A DNA stretch of 64,000 bases, taken from the UHGV virus genome UHGV-0371537. One strand, 5' to 3'. Numbering within the stretch: position 1 is the first letter of the stretch; the number at the start of each line of letters is the position of its first letter. This document shows, piece by piece, positions 1-8,416 of this stretch. Under the pieces are notes generated by a model, which saw only the letters and a list, made by a program, of their open reading frames with translations, had not been told where the DNA came from and made no database searches. This DNA comes from a virus. The position numbers and the translations under genes are program-made.

Positions 1-1
1 C

Positions 2-439
2 AAGGGCTACCTCAATGACGATGAATTTAATCGAGGCGGAATGGAGGCTGGCGATTTGATCATGACTGGCCGAATGGGCACCCAAGGCCGAATGACAGTC
101 AGACAGTGCCGTTCGCTTCCTTCTCCGGCATTACAGAAGGGTGTGCAGATAGGCCGCCGTCACCTGAACCTCATCAACGATGGCAACCAGTGCATCAAAG
201 TATTCGAATACAGCGCTACACAGACCTCTGATCGCGTCCTGAAGAAGGAATGGCGTACTCGCGCTCTTGGTCTCAGAGCCTGGCTGGTTGAGAACGATCA
301 TTATTTTGAGGATCGTGTTCAGAACGGTCTGAAAGACCTGGCCACGAATCTGAGCGTGAACCTTGATGATCCTCGCATGTCGCGCGAACTTCAGCAGACT
401 CGTGTTGACTGCGACAATATGATGAAGGAGAACGAGTGA
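2..439 (+). CDS. hypothetical protein, 3' portion (gene starts upstream of window)
   Basis: Open frame runs from window edge to stop at 437-439; no family recognised. Confidence 0.4.
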   Translation, partial: KGYLNDDEFNRGGMEAGDLIMTGRMGTQGRMTVRQCRSLPSPALQKGVQIGRRHLNLINDGNQCIKVFEYSATQTSDRVLKKEWRTRALGLRAWLVENDHYFEDRVQNGLKDLATNLSVNLDDPRMSRELQQTRVDCDNMMKENE

Positions 440-753
440 TGAAAGGTAAAATCCTACTCCTGCTGTTACTGATGACCGGGTGTGTAAACGCTACACCACC
501 GTCTAAACTGAATACCTGCGCCGCCTGGATGGAGACGTATCAGCAGTTCCACCCAGATGACAAAGATACATCTATCCTCCTGTCTGACTTCGAGGGGGAG
601 CTGAAGCGCCTTGATCTGTTCAGTGTTGATCAGATAGAGAATGCGCTGGATCTTCCCATGATGCTGACTGCGGCTGATAACAGCCCACAGACGAAGAAAG
701 ATCTGATGTATTGCCGGGGGATTGCCCAAGACTTTGTTGGCGTTTCAAAATAG
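439..753 (+). CDS. putative lipoprotein
   Basis: N-terminus MKGKILLLLLLMTGC = signal peptide with lipobox L-x-G-C; ATG overlaps upstream stop (gTGATGa). Confidence 0.5.
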   Translation: MKGKILLLLLLMTGCVNATPPSKLNTCAAWMETYQQFHPDDKDTSILLSDFEGELKRLDLFSVDQIENALDLPMMLTAADNSPQTKKDLMYCRGIAQDFVGVSK

Positions 754-803
754 ATTTCAGGGTAAAATTTAACCCTCCATTGAAATTGAAGGAATACATT
801 GTG

Positions 804-1751
804 ATGCTCCTGACGAAAACAATCGCTGCGGCGATCATCGAAAAGAATAAATCATTCGCTCCAAACTCAGCGCGGGTGATGCTCGTACATGATGACGCCC
901 GTGTCATCTTCGCCGAGAAGTTCGAGCAAGGCTCTACATTCTGGTTCGCTGACACCATGCGTGAAAGCAAACTGCAGGGCATCATCCACAAACTGACTTT
1001 GGTTGCCAAGCGCAATGATCAGGGCGACTGGGTGGGTGTTTCCGACTTCAGTACGAAGATCACACCAAAGGCTCCGCTTTCTCGTCAAGAGCGCATTCTG
1101 GAAGCCCAGGAAAAGCTGCGTGCGGCTCGGAGCACACCGAAGGCGAAACCAGATGCAAGTCCGGTCATAACTCCTGCCACCAAACTGCCTCCCGTGAGCG
1201 AAAAGTCTGTTGAGCAATATGCGGAGAAGCGCAAGGGTGTGGTTGTGGAATCACAACGTCTGGTGAAAACAGAGAATGGTCACGCAGTTGTCAAGACCGA
1301 AAAGACTGTAGAACCCTTTAAGGATTCTTCAAAATCAGCTGTTGAAGTCGTGTCCGCAGTAACTGAAGTTGTCAGTAAAGTTCGCGAAGACATGATCGCC
1401 TTGGGTGCCTTGAGCGAACCCTCTGAATTCATTTCCCTGCGCGAACTTGAACCGCCTGCCCGCCGCCGGGTTGCCAATGAGATGTTTGTATCATTCAGGC
1501 CGGATGGAAAGATCATTCTGTGTAAAGCCCTGCGCGATGCACTCCCTTGGACAACTCTGAACATGATGGTGACCCGCGACTTCAAACGTTTCGGTGTCTG
1601 TGCTGGAAAGGACTACAACGTCAACCAGAGCGGGACTTATGTCAACCGCGCCATGTGCTCCAAGCTGACCTTCCCAGAAGATTCCGGAACTATCCGTGTC
1701 GTCGTAGAGTGGGATGACAAGCTGAACATGTATGTTGGCGATTTCCAATAA
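804..1751 (+). CDS. hypothetical protein
   Basis: ORF track 711-1751; ATG 804 preceded by aagga; Lys/Glu-rich central region. Confidence 0.5.
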   Translation: MLLTKTIAAAIIEKNKSFAPNSARVMLVHDDARVIFAEKFEQGSTFWFADTMRESKLQGIIHKLTLVAKRNDQGDWVGVSDFSTKITPKAPLSRQERILEAQEKLRAARSTPKAKPDASPVITPATKLPPVSEKSVEQYAEKRKGVVVESQRLVKTENGHAVVKTEKTVEPFKDSSKSAVEVVSAVTEVVSKVREDMIALGALSEPSEFISLRELEPPARRRVANEMFVSFRPDGKIILCKALRDALPWTTLNMMVTRDFKRFGVCAGKDYNVNQSGTYVNRAMCSKLTFPEDSGTIRVVVEWDDKLNMYVGDFQ

Positions 1752-1807
1752 TCAATAACCTCGGGCGGCTTATCATAAAGTCGCCCTTTCATTTGAGAGA
1801 CTATATC

Positions 1808-2470
1808 ATGGAAAAACTTTATTCTATTATCGTCGGTCCTGATCCCGACGGATTATTCTTCGCCCCGTTGTCCTATGTCGCCCACGCCCGTATCGGCAGT
1901 CATTACGCGTATTGCACACATGGTCACGACGGTTCCAATGTGCTCCATTATAGTCGCCTGAACGATTTCCTGGCACTTCAACCAGAAGACGTTGTGCTGG
2001 CGCGTCGCGTGTTCATTGATTTCAACGCGATGCACAACAACGAAATCGACGCTCGCTACCATGCCATGCGTTCTATGGAAGGGCGAGACTGCATTTATCG
2101 TATCGACCATTTTGGTGAGTTTACCCAATCGATCGATTGGTTCGTTTCGGACAAGACATTGGGCGAAAGAATTGTCACGACTCCGTGGGTGCATGCGGAA
2201 CAACTTCGTGTGTCTACCGATGCGTACAAAGAAGTCGACAATCTGTGCAACAAGTTCCGCATCTCGGTGACCTGTAATCAAGACCTGGGAGAAGAGATCC
2301 AATGGACAGCTGAGTCTCCTCATTTCAGTGACCTGGTGATGACAGCAGAAACCCGTTCCCGCGCTGTCGTTCAGTTGGTTCTATGGGCGTTCTACCAGCG
2401 CACCCCGTTCTCCTACATGGGGCAGAAAGCGATTGACGAACTCCTGAAGTCTCACGCGGTGGAGGTATAA
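1808..2470 (+). CDS. hypothetical protein
   Basis: ORF track 1793-2470; ATG 1808 in context ctatatcATG. Confidence 0.5.
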   Translation: MEKLYSIIVGPDPDGLFFAPLSYVAHARIGSHYAYCTHGHDGSNVLHYSRLNDFLALQPEDVVLARRVFIDFNAMHNNEIDARYHAMRSMEGRDCIYRIDHFGEFTQSIDWFVSDKTLGERIVTTPWVHAEQLRVSTDAYKEVDNLCNKFRISVTCNQDLGEEIQWTAESPHFSDLVMTAETRSRAVVQLVLWAFYQRTPFSYMGQKAIDELLKSHAVEV

Positions 2471-2471
2471 C

Positions 2472-2759
2472 ATGGCTGGCGTATGGTGTGATGTCTTGCT
2501 GGTTCGATACAGCGTAAATGGGTGCGCCCAAGTGCGTTCCACCTTCTATCCGGTTCCATTCTCTTCCGGCGGCCTGACAATTCAAAGAGTTCTCGACATA
2601 GAGTCAGAACTGAACAAACGATCTTGGGGTGTGCGTGGTGTACAAGTCCTGGGGTACGATCTTCTGAATGAAATGATGGTTGAAGAAGACAAAGTTGAGA
2701 CTGTCATTGGTCGCCCGGAGATGGAATTGTTAATCTCCAAATCGGAGGTCAAATCATGA
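2472..2759 (+). CDS. hypothetical protein
   Basis: ATG 2472 preceded by ggagg (2461-2465). Confidence 0.45.
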   Translation: MAGVWCDVLLVRYSVNGCAQVRSTFYPVPFSSGGLTIQRVLDIESELNKRSWGVRGVQVLGYDLLNEMMVEEDKVETVIGRPEMELLISKSEVKS

Positions 2760-3004
2760 GTCCCAACATGGCAATAATCTGGGTTGGTGAATCGTCAATA
2801 CGTTGTCTTCACAAGACGATCACCTTCTTGGATGATGAGCGCCTGGCCGAACAACGGGTTGAAGTCCGCGAAATGCAGGTTTCTTCAAAGGCGGTGAACG
2901 TTCCTGTGTCTAATGTTCAGACTTTTAAGCCTTGCGTCAGAGTGATTTGTGAACGCTGTGGATGTTATGGCACGATGACGACTGAAGACGTGGCGAAAGG
3001 CTAA
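2756..3004 (+). CDS. hypothetical protein
   Basis: ATGA overlap with upstream gene; Cys-containing C-terminus. Confidence 0.4.
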   Translation: MSPNMAIIWVGESSIRCLHKTITFLDDERLAEQRVEVREMQVSSKAVNVPVSNVQTFKPCVRVICERCGCYGTMTTEDVAKG

Positions 3005-3097
3005 TAATTTCGCTTTATTCAATATGTTTTGTTAGGTAAGCTGTAGTCCTCTTGTAGTGAACATGAAAGTAAACATTAACCCAACGGAGAAATCCAG

Positions 3098-3376
3098 ATG
3101 AATCGTACTGAATTTGTTGCCCACATTGCTTCGACCCAGAACATCACCAAAGGCGAAGCGGAGAAAGTAGTGGCATCCTTTATCGACGGCGTTAAAACTG
3201 CAGTTGCTGCAGGTGCGTCTGTACAGCTGGTCGGCTTCGGCGCGTTCGAAGTTAAAGCGCAAGAAGCGCGTGAAGGTCGCAACCCTCTGAACGGCCAGAC
3301 CATTCAGATCGCGGCGAAAAACGTTGTGAAATTCAAAGTGGGCGAAGGTCTGAAGAACGCTGCCAACGGCAAGTAA
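3098..3376 (+). CDS. HU/IHF-family DNA-binding protein
   Basis: 92 aa; MNRTEFVAHIA...VQLVGFGAFEV...EGRNPLNGQTIQIAA matches the HU signature (GFGxF, RNPxTG-like arm). Confidence 0.9.
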   Translation: MNRTEFVAHIASTQNITKGEAEKVVASFIDGVKTAVAAGASVQLVGFGAFEVKAQEAREGRNPLNGQTIQIAAKNVVKFKVGEGLKNAANGK

Positions 3377-3427
3377 TTCTATCTGACGCGCGGCCTGGCT
3401 CTGCGACGCAGGGTATGGCAAAAGAGA

Positions 3428-3454
3428 AAGCCGGGGCAAACGCTCCGGCTTTTT
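3428..3454 (+). terminator. rho-independent terminator after HU-like gene
   Basis: 10-bp GC-rich stem, loop aaac, then TTTTT. Confidence 0.7.
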
Positions 3455-3504
3455 CGTTCCTGGGAATCGGTTAAACTAAAGGCGAATCCCATAGGAGGAA
3501 GCAA

Positions 3505-5223
3505 GTGACAGCATTCAATCAATATACCAAGGCGCTTGATGGCGTCGGACCAGTTAGCATAGACCGCATCAAGTCTCTTGCCACTGAGTTCTTCCCATAC
3601 GACACCGCCAACCCCGGCCAGATGGAGTGCATCGTTGAAGCCGTTGATGCCCTTGTGAATAAGAAATTCAAACACGTGATCATCGAGGCTCCAACTGGTG
3701 TGGGCAAATCCCTCATTGGCACGACCATCCATAACGTGCTTCGCCATCTGGTTCTTGAGCGCAACCCATATGGTCAGTTCCGCACGTCTATCACGACGCC
3801 GACCAAAGGGCTACAGGATCAGTATGCGGCGGAGAAAGCCGTGGCGATAGACATCCTGAAGGGTAAGAAAAACTATCGTTGCCATATCAGTCCCGACCTG
3901 TACTACAACGCCATTCAGTGTCGTATGGCATGCCGTGACGGCCACTGTAGTAAGAATCGTTGCCCATATGTTCAGGCTCGTCGTCTTTGGACGGATATCT
4001 CCTCCCTGCGCTGCACCAACGCCGCCATGATGGTGGAGATGTGCACGACGATCTGTATGAAGCCCGAAAACCGCGCCGATATGCTGATCCTTGACGAGTG
4101 CCATAAGATGCCCTCTACGCTCCTAGAGCACACGATCATGGAATACAGTATAAATGCTGTAAGAGGGTTGCTTACAATCCCCGAGGGAGTGCCTATCGTG
4201 GAGACCATCACGGATATCATCAGGCGCACAGAAAACTATGAGCTGGGCAAGCTGTACTCACTAACAGGTGAGATGCATGCGATCTTTGACGACCTGCATG
4301 ACAAGGTTGAAGCCCTCTTAGAAACCCTTGAGGAACTGGTAGAAGACGAGCGCCTGACGGAAGCTCAGGTGATGAAGCTGTCTGACATCATTGACACCCT
4401 TCACAACCTCAGCGACTACTGTGGCATCATGGGTCAGACCAACGCCAGCACCTTCATCGTTCAGGAAAAAGACAAGGGTATGATCCAGTTCAAGCCTGTC
4501 ATCGCATCTGATGTGTCTCAGTTCGGCCTGTTCCGCAAGGGCGATTACCATGTTCACATGTCAGCGACCATCTGCGGGATTGAGTCCTATGCTCGTTCTC
4601 TGGGTATCCGTGAGGGCGAATATCACAAGATTCAAATCGGCAACCCCATCCCGATTGAGAATCGTAAGGTCAACTACATGCCCGTCATGAAGATGTCGGC
4701 CAACATGGGCGACTACGAGATGAAGAAGCTGGCCGAGTACGTGGATGAGATCATTGCATTCCATCCAGGACAGTCTGGCATCATTCACACAGTCAGTTAT
4801 GACCGCGCTCTGGCTCTACAGAAGTTCAGCAAGTACCGGAATATGATTCACGTTCCTCGTACTCGTAAGGCTCTGATGGATATCATGGAGCAGGCGTTCA
4901 GGACGAAGACGCCTTGTGTCATCGCCAGTCCGGCTATGGAAGAGGGGTATGACTTCAAAGGCGATTACAGCCGCTTCCAGATCCTGATCAAGGTTCCATA
5001 CGATTACCTTGGTGACCCGCTTGTGGCTCATGTAAACAGTGTAGACCCTTCGGCATACTTCAGGATGGCGGTACTGCGTATCGTGCAGATGTGCGGGCGC
5101 TCGGTCAGGGGTGTGAATGACTGGGCTGCGACATACATCCTTGATTCTTCATTTGAATCATTAATGATGCGCAACCCAGAGTTCTTCCCCGCATGGTTCA
5201 CCGATGCTGTGTTCGAGGTTTAG
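3505..5223 (+). CDS. SF2 helicase with DinG/XPD-like features (possible Fe-S helicase)
   Basis: GTG start after aggagg; Q-motif PGQM, Walker A EAPTGVGKS, DECH box, cluster of Cys (RCH..QC..AC..HC..RC) between Walker A and B as in XPD/DinG Fe-S domains. Confidence 0.7.
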   Translation: MTAFNQYTKALDGVGPVSIDRIKSLATEFFPYDTANPGQMECIVEAVDALVNKKFKHVIIEAPTGVGKSLIGTTIHNVLRHLVLERNPYGQFRTSITTPTKGLQDQYAAEKAVAIDILKGKKNYRCHISPDLYYNAIQCRMACRDGHCSKNRCPYVQARRLWTDISSLRCTNAAMMVEMCTTICMKPENRADMLILDECHKMPSTLLEHTIMEYSINAVRGLLTIPEGVPIVETITDIIRRTENYELGKLYSLTGEMHAIFDDLHDKVEALLETLEELVEDERLTEAQVMKLSDIIDTLHNLSDYCGIMGQTNASTFIVQEKDKGMIQFKPVIASDVSQFGLFRKGDYHVHMSATICGIESYARSLGIREGEYHKIQIGNPIPIENRKVNYMPVMKMSANMGDYEMKKLAEYVDEIIAFHPGQSGIIHTVSYDRALALQKFSKYRNMIHVPRTRKALMDIMEQAFRTKTPCVIASPAMEEGYDFKGDYSRFQILIKVPYDYLGDPLVAHVNSVDPSAYFRMAVLRIVQMCGRSVRGVNDWAATYILDSSFESLMMRNPEFFPAWFTDAVFEV

Positions 5224-5987
5224 TAACCCGCCACGAAGGACAGATGGCATTTGACATTAGGTTCCAATGATGTCACTGAAATTGTCATGCTGTCCGAATC
5301 TTGGCTGAAACTAATGTTGGCGAGAGGTTTGGTCTGTATGTGATTGTAGATGCTGTAGAACAGATCCTCGCCACGATACCCGACCTTGCCATCGGTGTCC
5401 TGCCAATGCCCCAGGGTTTCATCGTATACATGCACACGAAACTCGATCATGTGGAAGAGTGCCTTGGGGATGTCTTTGAGTATACTGGTGCCAACCACCG
5501 GAATCTCAATAGCTGAATCATTAGAATTCCCTTCATAGACCGAAGCCCATGCGAAGGTAGGATCACCGCCTGCAACAGGTGTACGCTTCCAGTATTGGAA
5601 CTCAGGGTTGCCTGAAGTGTTCTTCTGAAGTAGAATGACTTCGCCACCTGTGAAGTTCGTGGTGTCAATGTCATCTCTCTCAAGTACATCGGCCGGAGAC
5701 CCAATAAATTTCCAGCCTTCGCGATCCAGAAGAGACTTATAATAGTCGGTGAACACGTTGCTATCGCCAGCGGAGTTGATGGCGTCTTTGAGGCCTTGGC
5801 CTGTCACCATCTCATTCAGGCGAAGCCACATGTCCTTGACGGCAGACGCAGCTGCGACCTGCCCGACAGTCCCACCTGCAGTGTAATCATAGATGATATC
5901 TTCGAACTTGATAGCATCATTGATGGACAAGAGCAGTTGCTCAATCTGCGGTGCGGTGAGACTGAAACGATATGCGCGGGGTGCCAT
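5220..5987 (-). CDS. late-expressed protein, probable virion component (unassigned)
   Basis: ATG at 5987 with AGAGGA RBS; TATAAATA late-promoter box 35 nt upstream on minus strand; no family recognised. Confidence 0.55.
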   Translation of the reverse strand: MAPRAYRFSLTAPQIEQLLLSINDAIKFEDIIYDYTAGGTVGQVAAASAVKDMWLRLNEMVTGQGLKDAINSAGDSNVFTDYYKSLLDREGWKFIGSPADVLERDDIDTTNFTGGEVILLQKNTSGNPEFQYWKRTPVAGGDPTFAWASVYEGNSNDSAIEIPVVGTSILKDIPKALFHMIEFRVHVYDETLGHWQDTDGKVGYRGEDLFYSIYNHIQTKPLANISFSQDSDSMTISVTSLEPNVKCHLSFVAGY

Positions 5988-6022
5988 AGTTTCATTCCTC
6001 TTTCTATAAAACCAGTTTGGGA

Positions 6023-6030
6023 TATTTATA
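6023..6030 (-). promoter_or_regulatory. T4-type late promoter box TATAAATA
   Basis: Plus-strand tatttata 6023-6030; 35 nt upstream of minus-strand ATG 5987. Confidence 0.5.
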
Positions 6031-6032
6031 TC

Positions 6033-6560
6033 ATGATAGAAATTTATTCTGACGGGGGTTCTAACCCGAAGACCAACCAGGCCGCAGGCTGGGCATTTGC
6101 CATTAAGCCGATGTCGGGTATGCAATGGAAAGTGTTCTTTGGGCACCTTCCGCCGCCATCGACGAATAATATCGCCGAGTTGTTGGGAGTCACGAACGCA
6201 TTGAAATTACTGTGGGCATTCTCTAGAAAGGGTGAGCGCAGCATACCGGACGTCCGCATCTGGTCCGACAGCCAATACACCATCAATAGCGTACTGGAGT
6301 GGCGAGCGAAGTGGGAGTATCAGGGGTTCCCGGAAAAGAACGTTGAACTCATAAAAGATCTGTTCAGGATCTATGATCTCGTTAGTTCAATTTGTGAAGT
6401 TGAACTAAAATGGGTCAAAGGTCATGCGGGTGTTGAAGGTAACGAACTCGCAGACACGTGGGCTACTGCAGCCAAGAATGACAGCAACTTCCTGATTGAG
6501 AACGACAAGATCTCTGTGAAGAAAGTTGTTGGATCTTTTGATGAATTTATCGGTATCTGA
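6033..6560 (+). CDS. rnhA: ribonuclease HI
   Basis: MIEIYSDGGS...AELLG...KWVKGHAGVEGNELADTWA = RNase H type 1 catalytic motifs; start at internal ATG 6033 of ORF 5796-6560. Confidence 0.85.
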   Translation: MIEIYSDGGSNPKTNQAAGWAFAIKPMSGMQWKVFFGHLPPPSTNNIAELLGVTNALKLLWAFSRKGERSIPDVRIWSDSQYTINSVLEWRAKWEYQGFPEKNVELIKDLFRIYDLVSSICEVELKWVKGHAGVEGNELADTWATAAKNDSNFLIENDKISVKKVVGSFDEFIGI

Positions 6561-6571
6561 GGGTTCCCACA

Positions 6572-7300
6572 ATGGGTATGAATTATGTTGATCGTGGCGA
6601 GAATGTCGTCAAATATTTTACGGACGAAGATAACGAGCGTGTCATCAGTATCCTTCGTGACTGGATCCCCGCCCGTAAGAAAGCACTGGCCGAAGGAACA
6701 AGACTTCCAAAGATCCCCAACTATGTTGCTGTCCAAGTCCAGCGCATCATCACCAAGATGAGCACCCGCTACAATTATCGTGACTATCCCTTCCGTGAGG
6801 ACATGGTCTCTGAAGCCGTCGTGAACATCCTTCGTTACCTCCACACGTTTGACGTCGGCCATGTGGGCAAGAAAGGCAAAATCAATTTCTTTTCCTGGGT
6901 GACCATGTGTGCTGATCGTTCCTTCGCTCGCAAACTGAACATTGAAGAAGAACACACTTACATCAAGTTGCGCTCCTTTGAAGAGGCAGGCGGTTTCGCA
7001 GGGCTGGCTGATGACCCAGATTTCCAACAAGAGGTCTTCGTTGATGCTACTGGGATTGGTATGGACTTCCGCGAGCGCATCGGTAACTTCGAAAACAAGA
7101 AGGACGCCCAAAGACAGCGGGAACGCGAAAAGGTAGAGACCGCCCGAGCCGCTGAATCGAACAAAAAGATAGCGAAAGGCATACTTCAATACATGTCTCA
7201 GGGTAAGAATACCCCAACAGCGCAGGCCGAAGACGATTCAGATCAGGACTTCGGTAATACCCAATTCGATCTGGAAGAAAACGAAGGAGAAACAGAATAA
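6572..7300 (+). CDS. 55: late-transcription sigma factor gp55-like
   Basis: DW..., RYNY, LHTFD, CADRSF align with T4 gp55 (DWK, RFNF, LHNFD, CFNAF); directly upstream of gp47/gp46 as in T4; acidic C-terminal tail. Confidence 0.75.
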   Translation: MGMNYVDRGENVVKYFTDEDNERVISILRDWIPARKKALAEGTRLPKIPNYVAVQVQRIITKMSTRYNYRDYPFREDMVSEAVVNILRYLHTFDVGHVGKKGKINFFSWVTMCADRSFARKLNIEEEHTYIKLRSFEEAGGFAGLADDPDFQQEVFVDATGIGMDFRERIGNFENKKDAQRQREREKVETARAAESNKKIAKGILQYMSQGKNTPTAQAEDDSDQDFGNTQFDLEENEGETE

Positions 7301-8415
7301 TGGCGATTGCTAAAATCGGCGATCTGCATATCGGGAGCCGTAATGGTTCCCGTTACGTTCGCGACTTCATTAAGAACTATCTCATCAATTATTTCATCCC
7401 CGAGCTGGTCGCCTCCGACATCTATGAGGTGTGGCAGTTCGGTGATACGTTTGATGTCCGTAAATTCATGTACGGGCGTGACAAAGACTGGATGAAGGAT
7501 GAACTCACCCCTGCGTTGAAAGCGGCTGGTATCAAGTGGAATGGTATCGTGGGCAACCATGACATCACCCTGGAAGAGTCCAACCGCATCAACTGGCCAT
7601 CCTACCTGAACGAACTCGACCCTGACGTCTACCACTACTACAGTGAACCGACCGAAGTGATGATTGAGGGTGTTAAGACCCTGCTACTGCCGTGGATCAA
7701 CAAGGAGAACTATGATGCGTCTATTAAGGCGATACAAAATACAGACGCCAAGTACTGTTTTGCGCATTTGGAGTTGGCAGGGTTCAAAATGTACCAGTCC
7801 TCTACTTGTGATCACGGTCAGATCGACGTTACTCTCCTTTCCAAGTTTGACCGGGTCGATACGGGGCATTTCCATACCCGTTCGATGGAAGGTAACATTC
7901 AGTATATTGGGACTCCGTATCACCTGAACTGGGAAGACTACAAAGACGGCACCAACCGTGGCTTCTATGTAGACGACATGCGTGGCGGTGAAGTCTTCAT
8001 CCCTAATGCCGAGCACCAGACGCTGTTCCGCTACGTGGAATATGACTACACCAAATTGTCCTCCGATGACGAAGGCAATTGGATCGACCCGGAATGGCTG
8101 AACACAGGCTTGGGTATTGAAGGACAGATCGTTAAGGTAATCGTACAGAACCGCGACAACGCCAAGCATTATGAGAAGTTCTGTGATGCGATGAAGCGTT
8201 GCAAGTGTATTGACTACAACTTCATCGACCGGACGATTACCGTGGCGGCCGAGAAGGTTGAGGTCACCGAAGAGATGGTGGCAACCGATGCGGTGGAAGT
8301 CCTGAAGAAGGATATCCGCGCCGGGAACAACATCCAGCGCCCAGAAAATGTCTGCAAGCTGGCTGAGTACTTCTACAACGCTGCCCAACAACGCCTGAAC
8401 AAACTGGACGCATAA
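7300..8415 (+). CDS. 47: recombination endonuclease subunit gp47 (Mre11/SbcD-like)
   Basis: Calcineurin-like phosphoesterase motifs GDLHIG, GNHD, GHFH; immediately upstream of the Rad50-like gene. Confidence 0.85.
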   Translation: MAIAKIGDLHIGSRNGSRYVRDFIKNYLINYFIPELVASDIYEVWQFGDTFDVRKFMYGRDKDWMKDELTPALKAAGIKWNGIVGNHDITLEESNRINWPSYLNELDPDVYHYYSEPTEVMIEGVKTLLLPWINKENYDASIKAIQNTDAKYCFAHLELAGFKMYQSSTCDHGQIDVTLLSKFDRVDTGHFHTRSMEGNIQYIGTPYHLNWEDYKDGTNRGFYVDDMRGGEVFIPNAEHQTLFRYVEYDYTKLSSDDEGNWIDPEWLNTGLGIEGQIVKVIVQNRDNAKHYEKFCDAMKRCKCIDYNFIDRTITVAAEKVEVTEEMVATDAVEVLKKDIRAGNNIQRPENVCKLAEYFYNAAQQRLNKLDA

Positions 8416-8416
8416 C

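Noticed and set aside
6422-7189. 255-codon minus-strand ORF overlapping the gp55-like gene
   Set aside because: The plus-strand frame aligns to T4 gp55 motifs; the antisense ORF has no start context or recognisable features.
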